DNA from: Octopus sinensis | Taxonomy: Eukaryota | Direction: 5' to 3' | DNA: 64,000 nt | Assembly (NCBI RefSeq): GCF_006345805.1 | Contig: NC_043000.1 | Coordinates: forward strand, 140,988,001 to 141,052,000 | Shown: in pieces, positions 13,897 through 25,094 of the stretch | Layout of the letters: each line of letters opens with the position of its first letter | Position numbering within the stretch: the first letter of the stretch is position 1 | Notes under the pieces: model-generated | Told to the model about the DNA's origin: nothing | The model's input: the letters and a program-made list of their open reading frames with translations, nothing else | The model's database searches: none | Program-made: the position numbers and the translations under genes

Positions 13897-14613
13897 TAGT
13901 GTAAATATTAAAATGAATATTCAACTTACATCAAACTTGCAAGTAGAAAATCCAACTGTTCTGTCATGCTCATTCAGACACTTTATACTATTATGAGAAA
14001 ACAATTTTCATCGATTCTCAGTCGTTTTGGGATATAGATATTCAATGTCCTAACAGCTACATGTAAATAATATATTTTTTTTGGAAAAATATATGAAATA
14101 CAAGACAAGCTATAATTCTTTCCTAAAACAACATTATGCAGAGTGGAAAAAATAATTACTGCATTGTATTTAGTCTTAAAATTTCATTTGAATACTTGAA
14201 ATTTTTCCCTAAAATTATGATTTACTATAAATGGAATGCTTAGATGTAATTTGCTATCAACAAAATATTAATGTAATTTATAAAATAATTTTTACTTTAT
14301 TGTTAATAAAATGTCATGGAGACTAAGAGAAAGACAAAACCTGATACGTTGATATGAAGCTGAGTGTAAATTGGTATGTGAATTAGTGCAAGTAGTGACA
14401 TATCAAGTTTGAATCTTTGATGGATGATGGCTATTAAGTTTATAAAGTGACATTGCAGATATCATCAATTATTATTATTTTTTTTTCAATAGAATATTCA
14501 GTACAAAATTATATTTCCCTTCAGAATTTTAAGGAACATTTTCGAAGATTGAATCTATTTATGAAATGATTGAATCATTTTACATTTCAATATTTCATGG
14601 CTTAAATTAAGTT

Positions 14614-16677
14614 CATCATCATCATCATCATCATTTAGCGTCCGTTTTCCATGCTAGCATGGGTTGGACGGTTCTACTGGGGTCTGTGAAGCCAGAAGGC
14701 TTCAACAGGCCCAGTCAAATCTGGCAGTGTTTCTACGGCTGGATGCCCTTCCTAACGCCAACCACTCTGTGAGTGTAGTGGGTGCTTTTTACGTGCCACC
14801 CGCACTGGTGCCAGACAGAGCTGGCAAACGGCCACGAACGGATGGTGCTTTTTATGTGCCACCGGCACGAGGGCCAGGCGAGGCTGGCAACGGACACGAA
14901 ACGGGGCGGTGCTGGCAACGGTCGCGAAACGGAAAGTTCTCTTACATGCCACCGGCACTGGTAACACATCTGCAATTTCCATTGATCGATTTCCATTGAT
15001 CGATTTCGATTCTGATCCTCACTTGCCTCAATGGGTCTTCACAAGCAGAGTTTCGACATGCCACCGGCACTGGTAGCACATCCGCAATTTCCATTGATCG
15101 ATTTCGATTCTGAACCTCACTTGCCTCAACACGTCTTCACAAGTAGAGTTTTGTGTCCAAGAAGGGAAGGTATGCATACGTAGGCTGGCTCCATCCCATG
15201 TAGAAGGCCACGGGTTGTGGACTCACTTGTCCTGCCGGGTCTTCTCGCGCACAGCACACTTCCAGAGGTCTCGGTCTCTAGTCATTTCCTCAGTGAGACC
15301 TAAAGTTCGAAGGTCGTGCTTCACCACCTCGTCCCAGGTTTTCCTGAGTCTGCCTCTTCCACAGGTTCCCTCAACCGCTAGGGTGTGGCACTTTTTCACA
15401 CAACTATCTTCATCCATTCTCGCCACATGACCATACCAGCGCAAACGTCTCTCTTGCACACCACAACTGATGCTTCTTAGGTCCAGCTTTTCTCTCAAGG
15501 TACTTACACTCTGCCGAGTGTGAGTACCGGCATTACACATCCATCGGAGCATACTGGCTTCATTTCTAGCGAGCTTACGCATATCCTCAGCAGTCACGGC
15601 CCATGTTTCACTGCCATGTAGCATGGCTGTTCGTACACACGCATCATACAGTCTGCCTTTCACTCTGTGCGAGAGGCCTTTAGTCACCAGCAGAGGTAAG
15701 AGCTCTCTGAACTTTGCCCAAGCTATTCTTACTCTAGCAGTTACACTTTCAGCACACCCGCCCCCGCTGCTGACTTGGTCACCTAGGTAACGGAAACTAT
15801 CAACTATTTCTAGTTTTTCTCCCTGGAAAGTGACGGAAGTTGGTCTCAGAGCATTTTCAGTGTTTATTGTTCCTGAGCATCTACCACATACAAAAACCAT
15901 CTTCCTAGTTAGCCTTCCTTTGACATTGCTGCATTTCTTATGTGTCCATAGCTTACACTTGGTGCATCTTATAGAGTTTCTACCTACACCTTTTCTACAG
16001 ATCGAGCAGGGCCATCTACCTGAAGGTGTTTGTGATTTGTCTACCTTCCTACTGATTACGACTTTGGTTTTAGCTAGATTGACTGAGGCCCTTCGATTCT
16101 AATCCTTGTTTCCACACCTGAAACTTCTCCTCCAGTTCTGATAGCGACTCAGCAATTAGAGCAAGGTCATCAGCATAGAGGAGCTCCCAAGGGCATCCTG
16201 TCTTGAATTCCTCCGTTATTGCCTGGAGGACTATGATAAATAGGAGGGGGCTGAGTACTGAGCCTTGGTGGACCCCTACCTCTACCCGGAATTCTTCACT
16301 GTACTCATTTCCAACCCTCACCCTACTAGCGGCGTCCCTATACATGGCCCGCACAGCTCTCACTAACCATTCATCTATCCCTAGTTTTCTCATTGCCCAC
16401 CAGATAAGGGATCGGGGGACCCTGTCGAAGGCTTTCTCCATGTCAACAAAAGCCAGGTACAGGGGCTTATCTTTGGCTAGGTATTTCTCCTGCAGCTGCC
16501 TTACCAGGAATATAGCATCAGTAGTACTTTTCCCTGGCACAAACCCAAACTGCATCTCATCTAAACTAACTCTCTCTCTAATTAGTTGGGCTATGACCCT
16601 CTCCGTAACCTTCATCACCTGGTCCAACAGCTTGATACCTCTGTAGTTATTTGGCTTGATACCTCTGTAGTTATTTG
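14614..16677 (-). mobile_element. 5'-truncated RTE-clade LINE (RT, PHD finger, thumb, ~600-bp 3'UTR, (GAT)n tail)
   Basis: ORFs 16070-16627 (QFGF, DMEKAFD, GVHQGSVLSP, YADD) and 15223-15900 joined by an apparent 2-bp deletion near 16085; tail catcatcat at 14614-14632. Confidence 0.95.
15223..16653 (-). pseudogene. RTE ORF2 reverse transcriptase remnant (one frameshift)
   Basis: NYRGIKLLDQVMKV...LLYADDLAL...NLAKTKVV...WPCSICRKG...LRWYGHVARM...GRGRLRKTWDEVV. Confidence 0.92.
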
Positions 16678-17199
16678 AGACTCTGTGATTTATATTTCAT
16701 TTTTGGTACATCATATTAATATCTTTTTTTTTTTTTCAAAGGAGAGCATCTTTAGGGTATTTCAGGAATTGCAAGATATTAATGTTCTGAACTGTGAAAT
16801 GTAAATAGTATCTGCTTCTTACTACTTTAGTGGAAGCATTTTTTATTACATCCTTTATTAATTCATATGCTGTGGTTTCACAAAAGAGCTTTATGGAATC
16901 CTAACATCACAAGAATCACAATTTCCCTAATCAAGTAAATAACTTGGTAATAGGGTGTGTTTTCTGATACCACCAATGTGACACTGCACCCATAGGGTCA
17001 AAATTACCTAGCTATTGATAACCTGTTCTATTTAATTGTTTAATAGTTATCATAAGATGGTACAACCTCCCATTGTAAGCTGAAAGGTTATTTACATATT
17101 TACAAATAGAAGCTGCTGCAGAAAAACCAACCATGTTCTGATGTTCATTTAAGAAACTGTCAATTGATTAGTGCCTTAGAAATTAGTATGATCACAATG

Positions 17200-17555
17200 C
17201 TGCAATGCCTAGAGGATAAAGACCTCCTTCGGTCATGAATGACCATTGTATTGCACATAGAAACTTCTCCTCCAGGGCACAAGTCCAAGCAAAGTTGTTT
17301 GTAGAAGACCAGCAGTCCCCCATGCATACCAGTCTCCCTTCTCCACACATCCAATGTTGTCCCAGAGAAAGGCAAATGCTGATACAGCTTGGCACCAGTG
17401 ACATTGCAACCCAGTTCTATGACTGAGTGAACCAGAGCAACATGAAAGAAAGTGTCTAGCTAAAGAACACAACACACAACCCGGTACAAGAACTGAATTC
17501 ACAGCCTTACAGTTGTAAGCCTGACACTAACCACTGAGCCATTGCACCTTCACAT
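17200..17555 (-). mobile_element. tRNA-derived SINE (family D) with CORE-like segment
   Basis: Minus-strand head ggtgcaatggctcagtggttag; core gttgtgttc...gacactttc...gttcactcag. Confidence 0.6.
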
Positions 17556-17774
17556 GCCTATAAGCAGAAAGTAAAAGATGGTCAACTGAGATAAAATAGT
17601 CAAATAAAGTGACTTTTGATATTTTAGTGCCTATCTGCATAATATAGTATGCTTGATAGACACTAGTGGTTCTTATATTTTTATGTTTCAGGCATTCAGC
17701 TGTTTCTGCTTGAAAGCTGCATCTCAGTCCAGTAAATATATTTTTTCATAGTATAATATTAGCAAAGTTATATG

Positions 17775-17901
17775 TGCAGGCGTAGGTGTGTAGTAAGAAG
17801 CTTGCTTTCTAACCACATGTTTCCAGGTTCAGTCCTAGGCTGACTAAATCCTTGTGGGTGGATTTGGTAGATGAAAGCAGAAAAAAGCCCATCGTGTATG
17901 C

Positions 17902-17937
<36 letters not shown>

Positions 17938-18470
17938 TGGCTGCCCCCTCGTTATCGAGTATGGCCATTGCACGAAGCTTAATCAACGTTGTTTCGTGCA
18001 ATGCCTGTACAAGAAGATTTTTTTTACGCGAGGAAAGGCTGTGCACTGAGTCAAACCCACTCACTAAGCAACAGTAGCCATAATCCGTAAAGAAGAACAA
18101 GTCAACATCATCAGTAACCACTGAGCCGCAGGTTTTATGTCGGAGTTATCCCAGTTACCTTCTAGAAGGATGCCCTAACAAAGGCTAGGAGTCCTTCATT
18201 CCCAATGGTTTCACTGCGCGATCAGGTATTCAGTCCAATTATTTCTATGTCCCCACGCATGATACATCCTTAAGACATTGGATGGCCATCGACTCTCAAG
18301 AGTTCCTTCACCCTTTGACGGGTTTTGTTTTTCATCCCGCAGGGTGTCCAATACACCCTCCTCACCAAGCAAGCTTGGTGGGGTTGCCGGTTTAGTCGCC
18401 GACGATCCGACCATGCAACAGGTTGTACTAGGTTACATGTTACCAGTAGCACTCGAAAGTGACCTGACAT

Positions 18471-18540
<70 letters not shown>

Positions 18541-18760
18541 TATATACACATACATACATATGTATTTGTGTGTCTGTGTTTGGCCCCCCACCATTGTTTG
18601 ACAACCGATGCTGGCATGTCTACGTACCCGACGTGAAAGAGACTGATAGATTAAGTACTAGGCTTACAAAGAATAAGTCCTGTGGTCAATTAGTTCGATT
18701 AAAGGAGGTGTTCCACCATGGCTACAGTCAAATGACTAAAACAAGTAAAAGAATAAAATA
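17775..18760 (+). mobile_element. Family A SINE split by a ~535-bp insertion in its (TA)n
   Basis: Head 17775-17905, tail 18545-18760, insert 17935-18470 flanked by (TA)n on both sides. Confidence 0.75.
17935..18470 (-). mobile_element. GC-richer insert resembling an RTE-type LINE 5'UTR
   Basis: ggcgactaaaccggcaacccc and tagggcatccttctagaaggtaact motifs; no TIRs; no credible ORF. Confidence 0.45.
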
Positions 18761-20524
18761 GTGGATGTGTTCCATCAATCTAATACATATCCTATGAAAA
18801 TACACAAATATTTGCTGCTGTAATTTAATGTTAGTGGAAGGATTAGAAGTGAAGACACGTAAACTAGTTGTCAGAGTGTTGCACTCAAGATTGTAAGTTT
18901 GGATCCTAGATCATTGACTTCTTGAGCATTCTTCCAGTTCACTCAGCTGTAATTGAATAACTCTGCAATGGATTGTTATCCTGTCCAAGGTGAATGTAGT
19001 GATCTCAGCTGGGTAACAGGCCCTGTGTGTCCTAGCATTCAAAACAGTAATGTCCATGCTTGGTGATGATGATAAATGCTTTGAACTTGATATCTCAGCA
19101 TCTTATTCATAACACTGGGATTTCTTATCTTTATCTATAGCTTCTTTAAAAAAAAAAGCATTTTAAACATTATATTTATGTTCATGATGTGTTATCATAA
19201 CTTATAATGTACTTGGTTTAGCAGAAGGTTGTACAAAGTGAAAAATTTATTAAAAAAAGCATTTGCTAAGAATATTTTTGTAAAACATGTTCTTTGTTAA
19301 TCCTCATGAATGTGACAATTTTTTCCTTTTTTTAAAATTACACTGTGCTTGTTTGATGTAAAGAGATCTTTGACAATCCATACATGTATTTCAATTATAC
19401 GAGCCTTTCAATTCATGACAGAATGAACAAAATAAAGTTTTAAAAAATATGAACTTAAATGAAATGTTTGTAGGCCTAACATATTTGCCTATGAACTAAG
19501 GTTTTTTTTTCTTTGCTTCCTAACAATGAAAGCATGTCTAAAAGTCTATGTCAGCATGCCATTTAACAAGCTAACAATGTAGTGTAAATTGTACAACACC
19601 CACATCTGCCATGACAAAAATGTACCCAATATAAATATCCATTTTCGTGATGCAATTTGAGAGTGATAAAATACAAGAAAAATCAGCTTGCTGCTTTATT
19701 TTCCAAAAACGGAATGAATAAAAAACGAAAAGGTAACAAGTAGTAGTTAAATATTGAGATACAAACTGTATTAAAGGCACAGATGTATTAACTAGTTATC
19801 TATTCTTTAATTCTTAAATTTTACCCATTATTGTAAAACAAGTGTAATACACTGATTTTCCCAAAAATCTCTACCATTATCTCAAAACTTACTTGGTATT
19901 GAATATTTTCGAAAATATGTTCTATAGGCTGAATTATTTTCCAATTCACATTTCTGAAGAATTACATTAGAAATGAGTGTAAAGTACCATGCAAAATAAA
20001 TAAATACAAGAAAAAGAAGCTTTAAAATAATATAAAGCTGAATGAATGAATATTAGTATAGAAAATTTACATGGATGCATCTATGTTTAGTGTCATTGAA
20101 GCCCACATAATTTTCTTGCAAAATAAGGTGCAGTGGTTTCATAATTTTGTTTTTCTTTGTGTATATTGGTGAATTGCATAATAGATGTGTCTTAATTTAA
20201 ATGTCTATACTAAAAATACAAAGTGTTCAAAACTGACACAGAACAAAATTTGAAAAACTCACTCATATGAAAAAGAAATCACAACTTTGTAGATGTTCGC
20301 AATCTGCAATTCTTAAAAGATTCATAAATTTTGGTTCAAAATGTTTTGGTATATGTGTATTTATAGGTATACATATATTTACATATATAAAAGTAGTTTT
20401 AGAGATAGAACCACCTTCAACTCAATCAACACAGAAAGATTTTATATCCGACCACTCCATAAAACGTTAAATATTAAATCTTGTACTAACTATATCCATT
20501 CTGAATACCGTATTTTCCGTTTAT

Positions 20525-20627
20525 AAGACTACACGTGTTTCATGAAAGTACGTCGGTATTGATTAGATACGTAGTATCTAGTTTCAATACTTAATCTGGT
20601 TGACATACTCCCAATCTTCAGGTGTGG
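20525..20627 (-). ncRNA. Type I hammerhead ribozyme motif with long branched helix II and weak helix I
   Basis: CUGAAGA (20621-20615); 12-bp helix II with G-U pairs and a U.U at its base; GAAAC-ACGU-GU-A (20541-20530); helix I only 3 of 4 pairs. Confidence 0.65.
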
Positions 20628-20958
20628 ATTCCGCAACATTTTCACTACCCCTACCACTTATATACCTCCATGATACTCTATATCTTCAATATAATCTTAC
20701 TTAACATATACAAATGAATAGGAATACAAATAATACATAAAAATAATAACTGAATATTAAAAATTTAAAGAATAAAAATTCAAGGAATACACGTTTAAGG
20801 GAAAAAATTTAAAGAGAAAAAATACGAGTAAAAATTACGAATAAAGAATTGCGAATAAACAAATACGAAATAAAAAATGAAATAATAAAGATGAAATAAA
20901 AATGAAATATAAATATGAAATAAAAATAGAGACGAAAATAAAGCGAATGTTAACTTAC

Positions 20959-21135
20959 CTTTTCTTTCCGCGGCGAAAATTAGACATAGCTACATTTGCA
21001 AATAAAGTAAAAACCACGTTTGATAATACGTATGTATAGGAGGTACTACAAATGAATGATAAAAAGTTCTACTGGTGTATTTCTTCCTTTATATAGTGCT
21101 GTCAGGGGAACCGGAAATAAATGCATCATGGGAAC
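20959..21135 (-). promoter_or_regulatory. Candidate Pol II promoter and first exon (MSNFRRGKK|) with consensus splice donor
   Basis: TTCCCATGATGCA (Staf/ZNF143-like, 21134-21122), CCGGAAAT (ETS-like, ~21111), TATATAAAGG (21095-21086), TCATTC Inr-like (21059-21054), ATG TCT AAT TTT CGC CGC GGA AAG AAA AG|GTAAGT. Confidence 0.55.
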
Positions 21136-21248
21136 AAACCACTTTCATTGTTTAATTTATTCAATCTATGTATTATGCAAACCAATCTAGTAAGTTACTT
21201 CTTTAGACTTTCAATTCGAATATTTGGGGATACATAAGAGTTACTTTT

Positions 21249-21294
<46 letters not shown>

Positions 21295-21396
21295 CAATAC
21301 ATGGTGCAGCAGATATATTGTCATGTGACATCTCATTTTAAAGATATATTACCAACTGTTTTAAATATCCCAACAAGATATTTAGCAACAATACTT

Positions 21397-22084
21397 GGCG
21401 AGAAGTTTATCGCGGCACCGGAATTTCAGTGCCACCGACGTGTCCAAGGTGCGAGTGGACGATGAACTGTCCAGCGTTTTGTACACTGTCGGAAGTGTCC
21501 GACTTGATAAGTTCAGCAGAACAGTGTTATCGCATCTGGGAAGAGTACAGCTGTCGGCTGAGTCTATGATAAGATGATACCGCCAACTGGACTCTCGAAG
21601 GAAGGTGAGGCATGTTTTTCACTGCACGGTGCAGTAGTAAAAGAATGCATGTGGCGAACAAGAATGGAGGAGTCGCGATAGGATCATTGTCTCGGGCCCG
21701 GCTTGCTCACTTACTTCAGATATCATCTGAAGAGCAAAATGGGGCTGGAAAAGAGGATTTACCACGGGGTGTTTATGAGAAAAGATGGAAGGAAGTGGAA
21801 AAAAAGGTGGGTGTCAGAAAACCCAGCTTAACTATGGACGGGAGGGAGAGGAAACAAAAGCTGCGGGGCCTTATAAATTGCCGGGGTTTAAAAACTTCGG
21901 TAAGATCGAAAGTTTATGTAATGTTATATATTCTATTGGTCATGTAAAGGACAATTACAGACGAATTTTTATAAGAATAATCCAAAGTTATGGAAATTTT
22001 TAATCGAACCTCTTTACTGTTTTTTGCATGTATGTCCTGTATTTGTCCTTCTATGTACGATTGATAATCGTAATAAAGAATAAG
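21397..22084 (+). mobile_element. 5'-truncated L1/Tx1-clade LINE with 21-bp TSD
   Basis: TSD agatatttagcaacaatactt at 21376-21396 and 22085-22105; VVKECMWRTR...LLTYFRYHLKSKMGLEKR...W C-terminus; AATAAA near the 3' end. Confidence 0.85.
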
Positions 22085-22117
22085 AGATATTTAGCAACAA
22101 TACTTTGGTGTGTAATG

Positions 22118-22550
22118 ATTTTTGCCAACATAAATGGCAGTTATGGTTTACGACGAATGTTTGCTGTAATTTAGCCCCAGAAGAAATCGTCTCAGCTGTC
22201 TAGACGACACCATTCTGTGTCCTTATATTTTGCACAAGGGAATCTAGCACCCATGTGAGATTATAAAATAGTAATTTTTAATTTATAGCATCAGTGACTA
22301 GTCACTTCGAAAATAGATATTTCGAACGGAATTTGGCAGAACAAGTTATTCTGTGCTGATGAAGCGAAATAACCTAGAAATTGTGATACACAGATATTGT
22401 TTTGATCTGAGTGGGGGTGCTAGATTCCCTTGTTTGAAAATATAAGGACACAGATCGAGTCATCTAGCCAACTGGAGACGATGTCTCCAAAGGCTAAATT
22501 ACGGTATGATTCGTCCTAAACCAGGACTGCAATGTTATGTTGGCAAAAAT
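22118..22550 (+). mobile_element. Foldback element (~145-bp inverted arms) with HHR-like core, probably Penelope-derived
   Basis: 22118-22262 is the reverse complement of ~22400-22550; HHR-like motif at 22351-22393; second copy at 23534-23965. Confidence 0.7.
22351..22393 (+). ncRNA. Hammerhead-like motif lacking helix II (duplicate at 23767-23809)
   Basis: CUGUG-CUGAUGA-AGC-GAAAU-AAC...GUG-AU-A-CACAG; helix I 5-6 bp; helix III with one mismatch. Confidence 0.5.
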
Positions 22551-23313
22551 CTTTACTCCGTTTTACCAAAATTACATAAAAATATCTTGAAATACTAAAG
22601 AGTAAATTTATCAATAAACGCACAATTGGCTTCAACCTCGGCCTCCAGACGACTTCGAAACCTCCAGCAACTCTTCTGGGCGGTCTTCTTGTTGAGGTTG
22701 GTGAATGCTGCCATAATCCTTGCCTTCAATTCCCCTTTGGCGTGTGTTACAGGGAGTTTTGTTGGACTCGCTCAACTGTATCCGACACATGAGTTACGTG
22801 GCCAGATGGTAGAGGGCAATGTGGTTTCAGAAATTGTCTGACAGCCATGACTGGGTTTCCTTGCTTGTGTGGCATGTTGCAGAGTTCTCTTGCCAGACAT
22901 AGTCTTCCAGCAGCCACCCTCTTCACCCAGGGCAGTACTACCTCCTCCAGGTACTTGTTGAGTGTGAGGATGTGTGGGAAGACGAATGAAGGTATAACGT
23001 TGCCATCACTAGTGATCACTGCAAACACCATGATCTTGATGGATGTTTGGTTTTTATCACTCTTGGTACATGCACTGTCCTCAGATTGACACCCAAACAC
23101 TCCTAGACGTTCTTATTGGAGCTCCCAGCATAAATGCCAAGCAGTACAGCATGTTTTTTCCAAATTTCTGGCGGAAGTGAACTGTGTGATAGTGTTGTTT
23201 TTTTAACAGATGGTGCACCACTGACCTAACTATACTGTGCAGTCGACAAAATCAAAGCAAACAATGACATGCATGGAATTAGAAATATAAAATTATGACA
23301 AGTTCCCATCGCA
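22551..23313 (-). mobile_element. Tc1/mariner superfamily remnant (maT/DD37D-like); second copy at ~23966-24749
   Basis: IMVFAVITSDGNVIPPFVFPH...LEEVVLPWVKRVAAGR...IWPRNS...RRLEAEVEA; deletion across the third-aspartate region; one terminal repeat at 23290-23313. Confidence 0.75.
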
Positions 23314-23353
23314 ATATGTATGTATATATATAATATATATATCTCTCTCTCTT

Positions 23354-23387
<34 letters not shown>

Positions 23388-24792
23388 TATAATAAAATAT
23401 TATTAGAGAAAAACCACTCTTTGCAACAAACAAGAAAGACTTAATCATAGAGACAAAACACTTCTTTTGCAAACAAACAAGGAAAGACTTAATCAAATAA
23501 TAAATTTTAAAGAAAATAGTCAAAAAAACCGCTGCCAACATAACATGGCAGTTCTGGTTTACGACGAATGTTTGCTGTAATTTAGCCCCAGAAGACATCG
23601 TCTCCAGCTGTCTAGACGACACCATCTGTGTCCTTATATTTTTGCACAAGGGAATCTAGCACCCCACTCGTGAGATTATAAAATAGTAATTTTCTAATTT
23701 ATAGATCAGTGACTAGTCACTTCGAAAACTATATATTTCGAACAGGAATTTGGCAGAACAATTATTCTGTGCTGATGAAGCGAAATAACCTAGAAATTGT
23801 GATACACAGATATTGTTTTGATCTGAGTGGGGGTGCTAGATTTCCCTTGTTTGAAAATATAAGCAACAGATCGAGTCATCTAGCCAACTGGAGACGATGT
23901 CTCCAAAGGCTAAATTACGGGGTATGGAATTCTCCTAAACCAGCTGCATGTTATGTTGCAAAAATCTTTACTCCGTTTTTTACCAAAATTACATAAACAT
24001 ATCTTGAAATACTAAGAGTAAAATTTATCAATACGCACAATTGGCTTCAACCCTCGGCCTCCAGACCGACTTTCGAAACCTCCAGCAACTCTTATCTGGG
24101 CGGTCTTCTTGTTGGGTGTGAATGCTGCCATAACCTTGCCTTCAATTCCCCTTTACTGCTGGTCCAGGAGTTTTGTTGGGACTCGCTAAACTGTATCCCA
24201 CACATGAGTTACGTGCCCACACATGAGTTACGTGGCCAGATGGTAGAGGGGCAATGTGGTTTCAGAAATTGTCTGACAGCCATGACTGGGTTTCCTTGCT
24301 GGTGTGGCAGTTGCAGAGTTCTCTTGCCAGACATAGTCTTCCAGCGCAGCACCCTCTTCACCCAGGGCAGTACTACCTCCTCCCAGGTACTTGTGAGTGT
24401 GAGGATGTGTGGGAAGACGAATGGAGGTATAACGTTGCCATCACTAGTGATCACTGCAAACACCATGATCTTGATGGATGTTTGGTTTTTATCACTCTTG
24501 GTACATGCACTGTCCTCAGATTGACACCCAAACACTCCTAGACGTTCTTATTGGAGCTCCCAGCATAAATGCCAAGCAGTACAGCATGTTTTTTCCAAAT
24601 TTCTGGCGGAGTGAACTGTGTGATAGTGTTGTTTTTCTAACAGATGGTGCCCCACTGAACCTACTATACTGTGCAGTCGACAAAATCAAAGCAAACAATG
24701 AGCATGCATGGAATTAGAAATATAAAATTATGACAATTTACCCATCGCAATATGTATGTATATATATATATATATATAATCTCTCTCTCTCT

Positions 24793-24833
<41 letters not shown>

Positions 24834-25094
24834 TGACATGCTATAATGTACACATTCATACACACACATATATACATATATCTATTGTACGCAGCATACA
24901 CAACATCCTATATATACTATATCTATGTTACGCATGCATATATATATACACCACATGCATAATATATTATATACATTACATATATATCTATATACATACA
25001 TTATATATATTATATATATATATATAGATATGTGTGTGTGTGCAGATATATATATATAACATTATATAATATATATATATATATATATACTATA

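Larger units (their letters stand above)
22124..24780. repeat. ~1.2-kb tandem duplication (22124-23340 versus 23534-24780)
   Basis: Colinear foldback + maT + (TA)n/(CT)n units differing largely by 1-3-bp indels. Confidence 0.9.

Noticed and set aside
20506-20530. taccgtattttccgtttataagac resembling a pogo/Tc2 TIR
   Set aside because: No partner TIR in the window, and it overlaps the 3' side of the minus-strand hammerhead.
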